64,000 bases of DNA from Podarcis muralis (taxonomy: Eukaryota), in assembly GCF_964188315.1 (NCBI RefSeq), contig NC_135660.1, positions 36,208,001 to 36,272,000 on the forward strand, written 5' to 3'. This document shows, piece by piece, positions 38,986 to 51,450 of this stretch. The position numbers were made by a program, and so were the translations under genes. Position 1 is the first letter of the stretch. Each line of letters starts with the position of its first letter. The notes beneath the pieces are model-generated. The model saw only the letters and a program-made list of their open reading frames with translations, had not been told where the DNA came from and ran no database searches.

Positions 38986-40959
38986 ATTTTAGGTAATCTT
39001 ACCCTCAGCTAGCAAAAGACTCTTTCCAGCATTTTGTCATATGTTTTTGATCAGTATAATTGAAAGTGACTTGAGTGATGAACTAAGGAGAAATGTTCAG
39101 TGGCTTAAGTCTGCACCATTAGGTCCTTCTCCTCACCCCCAAATATTCAGACCACAATCTCTTTTCATGAGTGCCAGATCATCTTCTGAAATAGACCCAG
39201 GAGCTTCCTCAACTTTGTGCTCTTTGTGAATTATATATGTATTTACTAGTAAGATGCCTAGCAAACGGTGAAAATGTGTCTGGAAGCATGGTCATAAAAG
39301 TGGGGAGGGAGTGCCGCTCCCAGTTTTCTTGTTTCCAGCATAGAGAAACATAAAGATTAGAGAAATTAGGAGCTGAAGCTTCTGGTACTCAGCTGACATT
39401 TGGCATGACGCTTCATGTGTACACATATGTTGGTCTCCTTCCAAGTCTTCAAGGGATTGTTGGATTGGCACTGAAAATTTAGAGTGGCACCCATGTTTAA
39501 TTCAGGACCGTAAGTTTCCATCAGAGTTGTACAGGGACCAGAACTGGTTTCCATCTGGCTTTGCTCCACATAGCTTTCCTCCACAAATAAAATTAGCCTC
39601 CTTTCTAAAGGAGTGGAAGGTTTTTAATGTGCTGTCAGTCCTGACTGGGAGGCTACTTCTGCTTTCATAACAGAAGTTAGTCCCAGACCATACCACCTTT
39701 GGGGGAGATTATTGGCTGAAAACTGATGTAGGGTTCACATTCAGATAAGAAGCATGGTGATGGATCAGGACGCTGTGTGGCTGCTTTTCCTTCAAAGCAA
39801 AAGTGTAAATAACACTGCATGCAGTTGGGCCCTAACAGGCATATCATTTCTTTGCTCCCATCAGAGCTCTCTTTAAAAAAAACCAAGCTGTAAGCATGCT
39901 GTTTGTAAAGCATGAATAGTTTGATCCTTAATCTAAAGTATGTTCTGGGCTAACTGGTGAAAAAGCTTTATTAAAGTTAGAATCATTGCACATACTGAAG
40001 AACAAGGTTTGCTGAACAGTGAAAAGCTTTTGCTTCACCAAAGGGAAAATTGCCCCTGACTCACCAATCAGAATCGTTTGAGAGTGTGAAGAAACATATT
40101 TGGCAGGGATTTGATACCAGGGGCTCCTTTTGAGGTTTTAACAAAGCTGCTAACCAAAGTGTGAAAAGTGAAGGCAACGGGGGTGGGAAGAAAGATGATG
40201 CAAAGGAAGTAGAGATTTATATTGCGGCTGGTGCTATTTTTTCATAAATGATCTGAGGCTGGGCACTAGGGTGAGCAGTGAAGCCGCTAAATTATGTTCC
40301 GCCACAAGTTCTTCTGGATAGAGTAAACCCAAGTGGTCCATGAAGATCTCTAAAAGCACTGGAACCTATGCCCTTCCAAATGTTATTGGATTCTCAATTC
40401 CAGCCGGCCAGTGGTAGTCCAGCAACATCTGGAGAGCCACAGGTTCCCTGTCCCTGCCTAAAACTATCCTGCCAAACAAAAGGGCAAATGAGGTTCATAT
40501 ATAAGCAAAATGATGCTCATTGCGGTAAAACACTCCCAGCATATATTGGCAGTATTTTGGGTTGTGTATAACTCAGTGAAAATGTCACATGTTGCAATGG
40601 TGACGAAGTCCATTTCTGTGTGAGGGATTATTAGGAAAGTGATTGAAAATAGGGTGGCCAGTATTGCAATGGGGACCCTGTGGTTCCACAGAGAAAACAC
40701 TTCACACAATGCATAGTGAACTCGTGGAATACACTGCCACAAGATATGATGTTGGTCCCTGGCTTAGATGGCTTTAGAGGGAGACATATATATTTACACA
40801 AACGTACAACTGATGCGAAAAGAGGCTTCTAAGCAGTTTACAGAATATAAAAACCAGTTACACAACATTATTAATACTTAATTGAAAATGCGCCACAATT
40901 AAAATGCGCAATAAAATGGTACCATATAAACATCCACAATTAAAATACATGGTTAAAAA

Positions 40960-41322
40960 AAGGTAAAGGTAAAGGTACCCCTGCCCATACGGGCCAGTCT
41001 TGACAGACTCTAGGGTTGTGCGCCCATCTCACTCTATAGGCCGGGGGCCAGCGCTGTCCGCAGACACTTCCGGGTCACGTGGCCAGCGTGACAAGCTGCA
41101 TCTGGCGAGCCAGCGCAGCACACGGAACGCCGTTTACCTTCCCGCTAGTAAGCGGTCCCTATTTATCTACTTGCACCCGGGGGTGCTTTCAAACTGCTAG
41201 GTTGGCAGGCGCTGGGACCGAGCAACGGGAGCGCACCCCGCCGCGGGGATTCGAACCGCCGACCTTTCGATCGGCAAGTCCTAGGCGCTGAGGCTTTAAT
41301 CCACAGCGCCATCCGCGTCCCG
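40960..41322 (-). mobile_element. Sauria SINE (tail type B)
   Basis: Full length. 13-bp TSD acatggttaaaaa (40947-40959 and 41323-41335). Confidence 0.92.
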
Positions 41323-41399
41323 ACATGGTTAAAAACAATCCCGTTAAATCACAGCAAATAAAACAAGAGACTCGGTTCAAGAGATCAAGCGAATGCTTG

Positions 41400-41901
41400 C
41401 ATGTGCTGAGCACCCTCCGGCCAAGGAAGGGTCTGATAGCAATTCTTTAATGTCAAATGCGCTTACTTACAGCAGCTCCTAAGGTATCGCAGACGCATAT
41501 GCTTCTAGCATCCAGGTCTAGGCAGCTGTTTCCAGGTCTGTGCCCCGTGAAGCAGTTGCAGCAACAGTGGGACAATGCTCCCCCCCCCCCAATCTTATGA
41601 ACCCTCATCTGATGGGGTTTGCGCATGTAACCTGAGGTTTTTACACAGAAGCCATTGCTGTTCTTCCATCTTCAAGCGCCACCTGGTTCTAGGAGACAGG
41701 GCAATGGATGGTGGGGATTCACACCTCACCTGAACAGCCTCTTCTTCTGCGTCTGACACATTCTGCACCTCCACCTCTGGCTGCTCTGACCCGTCCTCTT
41801 TTCCTCTTTCTGGCTCCTGCTTCATGAGCAGCACCAAACCCCATACATTGCTCGTCTCCTCCCTGGCCCCTTGCTTCTGCCACACATTCACCACAAGGAC
41901 A
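41400..41901 (-). mobile_element. Probable degenerate solo LTR
   Basis: Begins TG on the minus strand (at 41895 or 41901), has the same acidic-then-basic open frame as the other LTRs, and has ATTAAAGA near 41450. No TSD found and the 3' boundary is approximate. Confidence 0.5.
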
Positions 41902-44028
41902 GCAGATCCCGGATTTAGATCTTTATTTCCCCCTTGTTCCTGGTGTTATTTCGTCACTCGCTCCTTCTTCCCTGGCAGGGAGTGGGGGCGCCATTTTGTG
42001 GTTCGCCTCAGGTGCCAAAATGTATTGGGCATCACTTTTTATACCCCCTGATCAGTTGGTTCTAATGTTTGTCGAAGAAGCACTCAGGAATGACCCTACG
42101 AAGGAAGCAATGGGTCGAGCTCTTGGAGAGTGCATTTTCATCAGTAAAAAGGGAGAGTGCTTTAATTCACTTTATTAGTGCTCATAGCAGTCCCTGTCAA
42201 GGACAGAGGGCAGTATTATTATTCAGATGAGAATGTGAGGTTGCAGTATCGTGACTTTGCTTTTTGAAAGCCATCTACTATAGCAAAACTGGGAGCTGGA
42301 TGTTAATTCAGACCAGAACCTTCCTTCCAACCCTGAATGACCGATTTCTAATTTTAAAGGCTGATCTTTCCAGTCTCCCACTTTGAAATATGATTTCTCG
42401 ATTTGGGCTTTGTTCTTCATTGAAGTTTCCTAGATAGGAATAAATCTGGGAGGGGGCTGGAGGGGGTCACGGCTTACTGAAAGAGAATATGCTTTGCATA
42501 TAGATATTCCCAGGTTTAGTTCCTGGCATCTCCATTTAAAAAGGGCCAGGCGTCAGGTGATGGGAATGAGACAGGCTGAAGACCCCAGATAACCGCTGCA
42601 TTGCCAGTACTGGGCTAGACAGTCTGATCTGCGCTAAGGAAGCCTCCAGTGTTCCTTACTATCTCAACCAAGCTGCCCATGAGCAAAGCTTGTAAAATCA
42701 CAAAGCAGCATTTTATTGGGAAGCCAGTTCCTCTACAAACTAAATTACAGTATACTTTGCAGAACCCAGACTGCTAGATTCTGAGCTCCACACAAGACCT
42801 AAGTGCCTTTAATTTATTTATTTCGTAAAATGCATACACTGCTTGATTGCTGCTGTTGTTTTTTAAAAAAACCTCAAAGCAGGTCCCACTTGCAGTTTTA
42901 AAACTCACTAAAACCAGCACTCCAAAAGGACTATATCACCATAATTTAAAGTTAAAACAGCTTGTGAAGTCCTAAATAGTGCTTTTTTTCTAGAAAAATA
43001 GGTGCTGGTTATCACCATGAAATTGTTGCAGTACATGCCACACTTTCTAACAACAAAAAATGAGAGGCTGGTACTGCATACCCTTGAGTAACCCCTGAAA
43101 AAAAGCACTAAATAATTTTTAGCTCACCAAATAGCCATGTCCCAAGTAACCAGGCCTGCCTCAAATTAAAAGTACTTTTAAGAACCTCAAGTAGTTACCA
43201 AATAAGATCTAGGCCCATCTGACTGATGAATGAGCTGGTGTCTGCTTGCTAGATTTGTAATATTTAGCAGTACATGTTTAGCAAGCATATTAAGGTCTTG
43301 CCTGATCTGCCTGAAAACCCTGCATCTAAGAGATGCAGCAGCCCAGAATTGGCAAAAATTGATCTCCAGTCTTCAGCATCAGCCACTCTCACGTACCACC
43401 ACCATGCCGGTCTGTTGTTATTGATCCTATGTGTTGTGGCATCCAGTCAGGCGAATGAAGTGCGGAAAATGCCTACCTGCTATCCAGGAGAGCCCCATCC
43501 CTTAGTTGTAGCTATTGCAAAATAGGCCATTGTTTGGGGAGCTGATGAGAACACTGGTGTGGTCGGCTAAGGCTATTATCTTACCAAAAAAATCTTGTCT
43601 GACTAGCTCAGCAGCCTCTTCTTCTAGATTCTAACCTTCACTTGATACGGGATCACATTCCTCGAAGGGATCTAAGTGTATCATCCAGACAGACCCTCCT
43701 AAGCACATAACAAAATTTTGAATAGCTGTGGCTTTCCCTTTTCACTATAGCAATGATGGAAGAAGTTACAGTTGAGGGGCTTTTCCTTTCTATGCGAAGC
43801 CTCAAGGTAGCAGACGCCTCTCCTCTCCACACCTAGACCTTGTGTTTTCAGGGCATACCTGGGCTAGAAACTTTTATAGGCTGTCTACAGTGCAACTGTC
43901 ATGACTTCCCCCAAATAAAGGATGGGGAACCTGTGGGCCTCTTGGTCAGGGGTAGCCAACACAGTGGTCTTTGGGTGCTATTGGACTCCATCTCCCATCA
44001 GCCCCCAGCCAGCAGGGCCCATGGTCAA

Positions 44029-44605
44029 TGTCATAGACTGGCTGGATGCAGAGGAGTGTTGGGAGGCACCAACTGAGGAACTCCCAGGGGAAGAAGACTC
44101 AGAGCCAGGGGATTGGTGGTGGGACAATGATGAGTGGTCAGAGGGAGAAGACTGGGAGGAAGAGGCATCGGAAGCTGGAGAGGTAACAGGGTGTAGTGAG
44201 CAGTAAGCGGCCATGACAAAGAGCAATCCCAGAATCAGAGGCAGAAGTGGAGGCTCTTCTTCACTAGTCAGGCTGGTGAAGAAGCCGGGGTGTCTCCCCT
44301 TCCTGCTGCGACTAGTTCCCCCCTCCCCTGGTCTCCCAAAACCAGAAGAGGTATGAAGAGGTAGGCGCAGAGGCAGGCATGACAATGGCGTCTCAGATTG
44401 CTTGGGAAGGATCTGGGGGAAGAGAGCTATGGGAAGGTGTGAATTTCAGTCCCCACAACTGCCTCATAGAAGCAAGATCTACCAGGACAAGTTGCTGTGT
44501 TCACTGGGCCCAGCCTCCTGAGTCAACCTGGTTTCCTTGAATAAAGAGTTAATTTCACTGATGCCGTGTGATTGACCGCTGACCTTCTCACACCCGCTGC
44601 TGACA
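44029..44605 (+). mobile_element. Solo LTR (577 bp) inserted in a MITE
   Basis: TGTCA...TGACA termini, 5-bp TSD gtcaa (44024-44028 and 44606-44610), AATAAA at 44540-44545. The flanks rejoin into a ctcccatca...gatgatgggagctgtagt MITE. Confidence 0.9.
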
Positions 44606-45384
44606 GTCAAGGATGATGGGAGCTGTAGTCTAGCATCATCTGGAGAGCCACAGGCTCCTCAGTCCTCCCTTAAATTACAGCCTACATAATTTGGATTCAT
44701 CACGGATCCTCCCAATAACAGGTTTGTGAAATTTGCTTTCCTAAAAGGCTTAGAAACCTAGCCAGCCAGCCAGCCAGCCAGCCAAATGCACCTGGAAACA
44801 AATCACAGCAGTTGGAAATGAGCTACTGGCTGATGCTCAGTTTCCTCTGCAATTTTATTCCTATTGCTCTGCGGCAAAAAAGCCCCCAAAACAACCCAAG
44901 CCATAATAATAGCGGGTGCTCATGGGGGAAAGAAACAGCTGGCAAAAATCATAAGGAGACGAGTAAATGCAAAGAAGGTTAAGTGAGTTGCTATGATTGA
45001 CTGGTTATAAATATATGCCTAAAAAGCTCTTGTGACTCTGAGTAAGCAAAACTTTGCCTTTGGGATGTGAAGAAGGGCAATGGCATCTGCTGGAGCTTGA
45101 AAGGAGAGGCCAATCAGTCATGGCCATGCATATAGGGCTGGAAGTTGCTCAAAGGTCATTCAATTCCAGGCTCTCCCATTCTAAGGATACAGAAAAGATT
45201 ACCTTAGATGTTAACTGTGGTGTGAGTTTCTATAGGCAGCCTGAAGATGGGTGGGATGGGTGGCTCTTGAACCCAGACCTCCAGCAGCCAGTCTTTAGCA
45301 CCTTGTCTTCCAGGCCCTCATCAAATCAGACAGAGGAGGCTCTGAGGATAAAGGGGGCCACCGACTGCATAGCCTAAACACTGT

Positions 45385-45889
45385 CACAAGAGCACAAGAA
45401 GAGCCCTACGGGATCAGGCCAAACCCCCAACTTGTCCAGTATCTTGTTCTCATCTGGAAAACAGATCCTATATGAGAAACCACAAGCAGGACCTGAGTGC
45501 AACAGGATTTCCTCCACTTGTCATTTCCCAGCAACTGGTATTCAGAGGCTGATTGCCTCCAGCAGTGGGACATAGCCATATCATGGCTAGTGCTCTTGAC
45601 AGCATTGTCCTCTAGGAATTGCTTTATTCTTTCAAAGTTGTCCCAAGTTGGTGACCATTCACTACACCTTGTGGGAGCGAATTCCATAGACGAACTAGGT
45701 GCTTGTGTGAAGAAGTACCGGTACTTCCTTTTGTCTGTCCTCATTCTTTCAACCTCCAGTTTCATTGGATGTCACCAGATTCTAGAGTTATGAGAAAGGG
45801 AAAAGAAACCTCTCTCTGTCCACACCAACTGTCCCCTACACACACTGTCTGGTCAATAGGAACATGCCAGCTTATAAAACTCTCTCATA
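45385..45889 (-). mobile_element. CR1 3' fragment
   Basis: Minus-strand MKLEVERMRTDKRKYRYFFTQ, followed by CR1 3' UTR-like sequence. Confidence 0.75.
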
Positions 45890-46241
45890 GGTAAAGGTAA
45901 AGGTACCCCCTGCCCGTACGGGCCAGTCTTGACAGACTCTGGGGTTGTGCGCCCATCTCACTCAAGAGGCGGGGGGCCAGCGCTGTCCGGAGACACTTCC
46001 GGGTCACGTGGCCAGCATGACATCGCTGCTCTGGCGAGCCAGAGCTGCACACGGAAACGCCGTTTACCTTCCCGCTAGTAAGCGGTCCCTATTTATCTAC
46101 TTGCACTCGAACTGCTAGGTTGGCAGGCGCTGGGACCGAGCAATGGGAGCGCACCCCGCCGCGGGGATTCGAACCGCCGACCTTTCGATTGGCAAGCCCT
46201 AGGCGCTGAGGCTTTTACCCACAGCGCCACCCGCGTCCCGT
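45890..46241 (-). mobile_element. Sauria SINE (tail type B)
   Basis: Near full length with a small internal deletion. 13-bp TSD aaactctctcata (45877-45889 and 46242-46254). Confidence 0.92.
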
Positions 46242-47544
46242 AAACTCTCTCATACAAGGGCACAAACAGGACAAAATGTTAAGTTTATGAGTGAGGAGTC
46301 TGAACAACATTGGGACGGCAGGAGGTGGGCAGGGAGAGTTTAACTCTCTCCTCGCCACCCGAGTCATGGTACCAGTGGAGGCTTCCCTCATGCTGCAAAT
46401 AGCAGCTTGGGGGGGGGGTTCATCAGAACCCCAGCCAGGGTTGATGGGCCCTGAGCAATATGTCTACCACCCCTGACCCACCCACCAATGATGTGAAAAT
46501 GGTGGCAGCCTGTCCCCAGCTTTGCTTGCTATGAAATGCGCCCTTAAGAAACAACAGGATAGATATTAATTGTGCTTAATGTTGTGTGTACACTGCTTCT
46601 CAAGCCAGGGGTGAGAGTGCATTGGATGCAGAGGAGGAGGAGGGGAAAGAGGACAGACAGATGGGTCGTTTTGCCAAAATGACTCTCAAACTACCCAGTA
46701 AAAGTATCCCCAGTAAACTACCAAGTAAAACTATTTTGTGATGATTGTTAGAGAAATTCAAGAAAAGTGGCACTCTAAGGAGATACCTGCCTGGGCCATT
46801 AAGATGTTCTCCAGCAATCACCTGTTGATTCTGTTCACCCTGTCCCTTTCACTCTCCAATCAATATTTGGATCAGATTTGAAGGAGGGGTTGAAGTCATG
46901 ACTTGGAGCAATGTCACAGTCAGAGTGGGCAGTATTAGTCTAGAATGGACCAATGGGCTGACTCTGTACAAAGAAACTTCACATGCTCCCAACACCAATC
47001 CACAGCAATATATGCAAACTAGCCACTAGAGGGAGACAACTGCACTCTGCTGACCTGAATTACACAACTTCAGGCAAGGTCTTCTCACAGGTCCATTTAC
47101 TGCCCTGGGCGTCAGTCAAACCTTCATCAAAACAGAACCCAGGGTGGCTTAAGTATCAAGGCAGGGATACGTGATCTTGTTAAACTGAGTAGATTGAACT
47201 GCAGGCTTGCGGGAGAGAACAACAGGATGGTGGAAGCACAACTATCCCTCCTTTGAGGAAAACACGCTTTTCATACTAATTTGCCAGAGGAATTCAATGT
47301 ACAAGAATGGAGAGAAGACGCTGCTCTCTTTTCCCCCACCCTTTTGTTCTTAGGGATTGCAGCTGAGCTCATGTAAGAGCCATGCTAGCAGGGGCTGATG
47401 GGAATTGTAGTCTAAAACATCTGGAGGGGGCCAGATTGGCAAAGGCTGCTCTAAGCCAAGGTTCCCAGTCCACAAACACCTGTCTTTTCACCCAAACATT
47501 TTCTGTTTTACAAAAGGCATTAACAGTGCAGTATTACACAAGTT

Positions 47545-47896
47545 AGAAGGACGCAGGTGGCACTGTGGGTTAAACCACAGAGCCTAGGATTTGCCAATCA
47601 GAAGGTTGGCGGTTCGAATCCCCGCCACGGGGTGAGCTCCTGTTGCTCAGTCCCTGCTCCTGCCAACCTAGCAGTTCGAAAGCACATCAAAGTGCAAGTA
47701 GATAAATAGGTACCACTCCCGCGGGAAGGTAAACGGCGTTTCCGTGCGCTGCTCTGGTTCGCCAGAAGCGGCTTATGCTGGCCACATGACCCGGAAGCTG
47801 TATGCCGGCTCCCTTGGCCAATAAAGCAAGATGAGCGGCACAACCCCAGAGTCGGTCACGACTGGACCTACTGGTCAGGGTCCCTTTACCTTTACC
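47545..47896 (+). mobile_element. Sauria SINE (tail type A)
   Basis: Full length. 13-bp TSD tattacacaagtt (47532-47544 and 47897-47909). Confidence 0.92.
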
Positions 47897-48124
47897 TATT
47901 ACACAAGTTTACTCAGAAGTGTGTTCAGTGGGGCTGACTCCCATGTAAGCAGGGCCGGCCTGAGACCTTTTGGTGCCTGAGGAAAGGTATGTCACTGATA
48001 CCTCCTCCCTCAGATCTGGGCCTGTGTCCTGGCAGGGAGGGAGGAGACCAGTGGCAACACAGCTCCCCGCCTTCCACTGCAAATGCCTTGCATCTTCCAG
48101 TGCCTCTTGAACATTATCTCACAG

Positions 48125-48452
48125 TCAAAACAAAAAAATATTCCTTCCAGTAGCACCTTAAAGACCAACTAAGTTAGTTCTTGGTATGAGCTTTCGTGTG
48201 CATGCACACTTCTTCAGATACACTGAAACAGAAGTTGCCAGATCCTTCTATATAGTGAGAAGGTGGGGAGGGGTATACCTTCTCACTATATAGAAGGATC
48301 TGGCAACTTCTGTTTCAGTGTATCTGAAGAAGTGTGCATGCACACGAAAGCTCATACCAAGAACTAACTTAGTTGGTCTTTAAGGTGCTACTGGAAGGAA
48401 TATTTTTTTGTTTTGACTATGGCAGACCAACACGGCTACCTATCTGTAACTG
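48125..48452 (+). mobile_element. Short fold-back Penelope-type (Neptune-like) insertion
   Basis: Perfect 142-bp inverted arms (48123-48264 and 48277-48418), a 12-nt loop and a 34-nt unique 3' tail. 16-bp TSD gaacattatctcacag (48109-48124 and 48453-48468). Confidence 0.85.
48320..48357 (+). ncRNA. Minimal hammerhead-ribozyme motif (mirror copy on the minus strand in the left arm)
   Basis: gtat-CTGAAGA-A-GTGTG catg CACAC-GAAA-GCTC-atac: 4-bp stem I, 5-bp stem II, palindromic AGCT stem III, and NUH triplet CUC ending at 48353. Confidence 0.7.
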
Positions 48453-48869
48453 GAACATTATCTCACAGGGTAGACCTGTGAGCTAAAAAGGTTATAGTGC
48501 CACCCAGTGGTACTTTGGTTTATAATGGCTAAATTTCAATATACCTAATCTACCATAAATCAGAGATGTTAAAGATGTTAGTTTGTTTGAGCCTTAAAAA
48601 TGTAAACAAATTCTCCCCCCTTCCCCCTTTTTGGAGGGCAAAGTAAAGAAACACAAGGTATTTTCATTTAAAAAATAAAGAAACTAAGGTACTTTCATCA
48701 TCAGATATGATGCAATTTCCTGTATTTGAAACAAGCCAATCTGTTTTAGAGAGGATTCGCTGAATGGAAATTTTGATAAGCTCCATTCCATGTATCCCAA
48801 GATCAGACGTGGCATCACTATGGCAACGGAAAGGCCTGGAGGCAAGGAGAACGCCAGGAGTCTACTCCT

Positions 48870-48938
48870 TCAAACACATACACAAATAAATAGAGATCAA
48901 TAAAAAGCGTGAAGAAATCAGGGGAAGTTTATTTTATT
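48870..48938 (-). terminator. SLCO2A1: Candidate SLCO2A1 polyadenylation signal
   Basis: Overlapping AATAAA hexamers on the minus strand (tttatt at 48928-48933 and 48933-48938), followed by a U/GU-rich stretch, about 780 nt past the stop. A proximal pair also occurs at 49609-49620. Confidence 0.5.
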
Positions 48939-49709
48939 TAAAAATTCAATATATATATCACAACAACTAACTTTATACATTGAGTGGAATTTACGTCCAC
49001 TCTACCTGTGTAACGGAGGAGAGGGGAGAAGAGAGAAGGCACGAAAGTGAGCTGGCCCAAGCAGAGTTCTAATCCCCGCCCCTCCTCCTTGTTCCATACC
49101 TTGGTCAATGCTGGCATAACGTAACATGCTTGCTGGAGTCGGTCCATACAGGGAGCAAACAGAAATGGTCGCTCCTCACCAACTTCAAATGCTATTTACA
49201 CGGTTCTCTTAACTTCCTCAGTTTTTGTGTGCCATTCCCATCCAAAGGACCTGCTTGCTTTTCCTCCAACCCATCTGACCTATCTCCTCAGAAGAATCCT
49301 CCACACGTTGAGCCTGTCACAGGGGCTGCAGAGTGCGTACTCTCAGTCCCAAAGATGGCTTCCCTCGCTGTAATTTGCTGGCTGTCCCTTTTTCTTTCCG
49401 AGGCCTGGGGAGATTTTCAAGGCAGCTGCCTCTTGAAAAGGTTAGCCGGCTGCACTGGCTCCTTTTAACACTGATTAGGTGCTTGGTCACTGAGAGTCCT
49501 GTTCTTCATTTGACAACATGTCCCTTTAAGCTGAGCTACCCATGGCAGATGCTGATAATGCAGAGTTCTAAAAGTCCAGCTGCTAATATGAAATGGTTCC
49601 CTTACAGTTTTATTTTTATTTTAAAAAAACAAAAGGCACAAAGGCCGAGTATTGTTAGTAAATGCAGGCATGGAACTAAATGGCCATTGAGATGGGTCTG
49701 GTTGCGGCG

Positions 49710-49830
49710 CTATACTAGGCCGGCGGCTTTGTCTTGCACGTTGTATTCCTTGTTCTTCGTCACCCTCCAGCCGATGACGGTTAAGAGAAGGATGCCAATG
49801 ATTTTGTAACCCACTTGGAGGCCTAGGTAT
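49710..49830 (-). CDS. SLCO2A1: SLCO2A1 terminal coding exon 14 ([39 protein letters not shown])
   Basis: Acceptor ctctttggcacag and TAG at 49712-49710. The C-terminus closely resembles human [15 protein letters not shown]. Confidence 0.95.
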
Positions 49831-51450
49831 CTGTGCCAAAGAGAAAAGAGAAGCAGGAGGCGGACACAGTGAAACTTGAATGGAACAGACCTTGAGATGA
49901 AAGCAACCTTCTGTTTTAGAAAGGCACCCAGAAACAGACTGAGTCCTCAGGGACGCAAGTGGAATGGTAATAGGACCTTAGTAGACTAAGTACCCAGACT
50001 GCTAAGTTGGATTCTAGAAAACTTCAGACAAATTCACACATGCATGCAGTTGCATGAAAAGGAAGTTTCTGGCACTGGGTGTGTTCTCCTTTGTGGAGGC
50101 CAGGAGCGAGGTGGGGAGTTGCACACCTTTGCCCTTTAAGCACCAACAACAGAGAATAGCTGACTGGGGCTGTCCAATGAAGCGCATTCAATCTTTGCTT
50201 TCTCTATGCTGAAGTCAAGTTCCCCATTTTGCGGGGGGGAGGGGGTGCCTTTTTAAAAATTACTTTTGCTTGGGCAGGTTTGCAGATGTCAGAGCCCTGC
50301 GGGAGAGAAATCCCTTCTCCTCCAGTTTAAATCTTGGAGCCAGACTTCCTAGCCTCAAAATAAAATAAAATTAAAGGGGGGGGGGAGGTCACAACAGGAA
50401 GAGCTTCATTATTGCCTGGCACCGCTTCAAATTATTATTTTCAGCAGAGGCAGCTCTCCGATGCCACTGGGTGTCAGTGGCGCGTATGTGCAAATCCTAT
50501 TTTGTTGTTGGCAAACACCCATCTATCCAAGAGAAAAGCCTTTGCAACATTCCTCTGGGTGAAGGGGTCCTCTTTTAGGCACTGATATGGAGATTTCTCT
50601 TCTAAGGAAAGGGAATGACTGCAGGGTTCCTAGGGTGTAGGCTCAGGGGGAATTCCTGGTGCGCTAGTCTGGTCCGTAGACCTGAGTCATGTAAGTCTTT
50701 CCAAAATGATTTAATTTTTTAAAAGAAAAAACCAAGAACCACGTAGAGGATGCCAAGATGTGTTCACGTATTGATGGCCTCAGGAGCTCAGATAATTGGG
50801 TCTCCCATGAAAACAATGCATTCCGTAATTCTCAGGTTCAGCAGGGAGTTTTTCTTTCTAAATCACAGCCTCAAGGCTCAGCATGATGCAGCTGCACACG
50901 CAGGTTAAGAGAGCAAGAATCGGAGCGCAGGGTGGAGAGAGGACGTGAAGATTCAGGCAGCAACCAAGCAAGCCTGACAAACAGCTGTCAGCAGGGATAA
51001 CTGCAGCCATGGGCTCCAACATAAACAAAGCCACATTACAAGCAGGGAGCTGCCTTGCTGACCCTTCAGCCCTATTGATTCCTAAGGGTTAAAATAGACA
51101 GTGCTTCAGCTCGAGATCTATGCCCTAAGTGCAGGTGGCTTTCTGAACATGAACTGTCAAGCATGGCAGGGGGTGGTGGAAGGATTTGGAAGAGGAGTCT
51201 AGCTTTGAGGGTGGAGGACTTGAACACCCTCGTGCCAGCAATTTGCATTAGGAAAAAAACTCCTAGCCAAAGCATATCTGTCTGCACTGGCAATTTGTGT
51301 AGGGTTGGGGACTGAACTTAATGGGCATAGATGCGGAGCTAACGTAACATGTAACTTGGCCCCAGTTTTGCATCTGCTCTGCTGGGAGTTGATTTTCCGC
51401 ACATCAGGTTTTTTACACCTCCCGGGAGATAAACTATACAGGTGGGTTAC

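Noticed and set aside
48123-48418. MITE or pre-miRNA interpretation of the palindrome
   Set aside because: The asymmetric conserved tail, TSDs of different lengths (16 versus about 10-12 bp) and hammerhead core fit a Penelope-type retro-insertion. The stem is far longer than a typical pre-miRNA.
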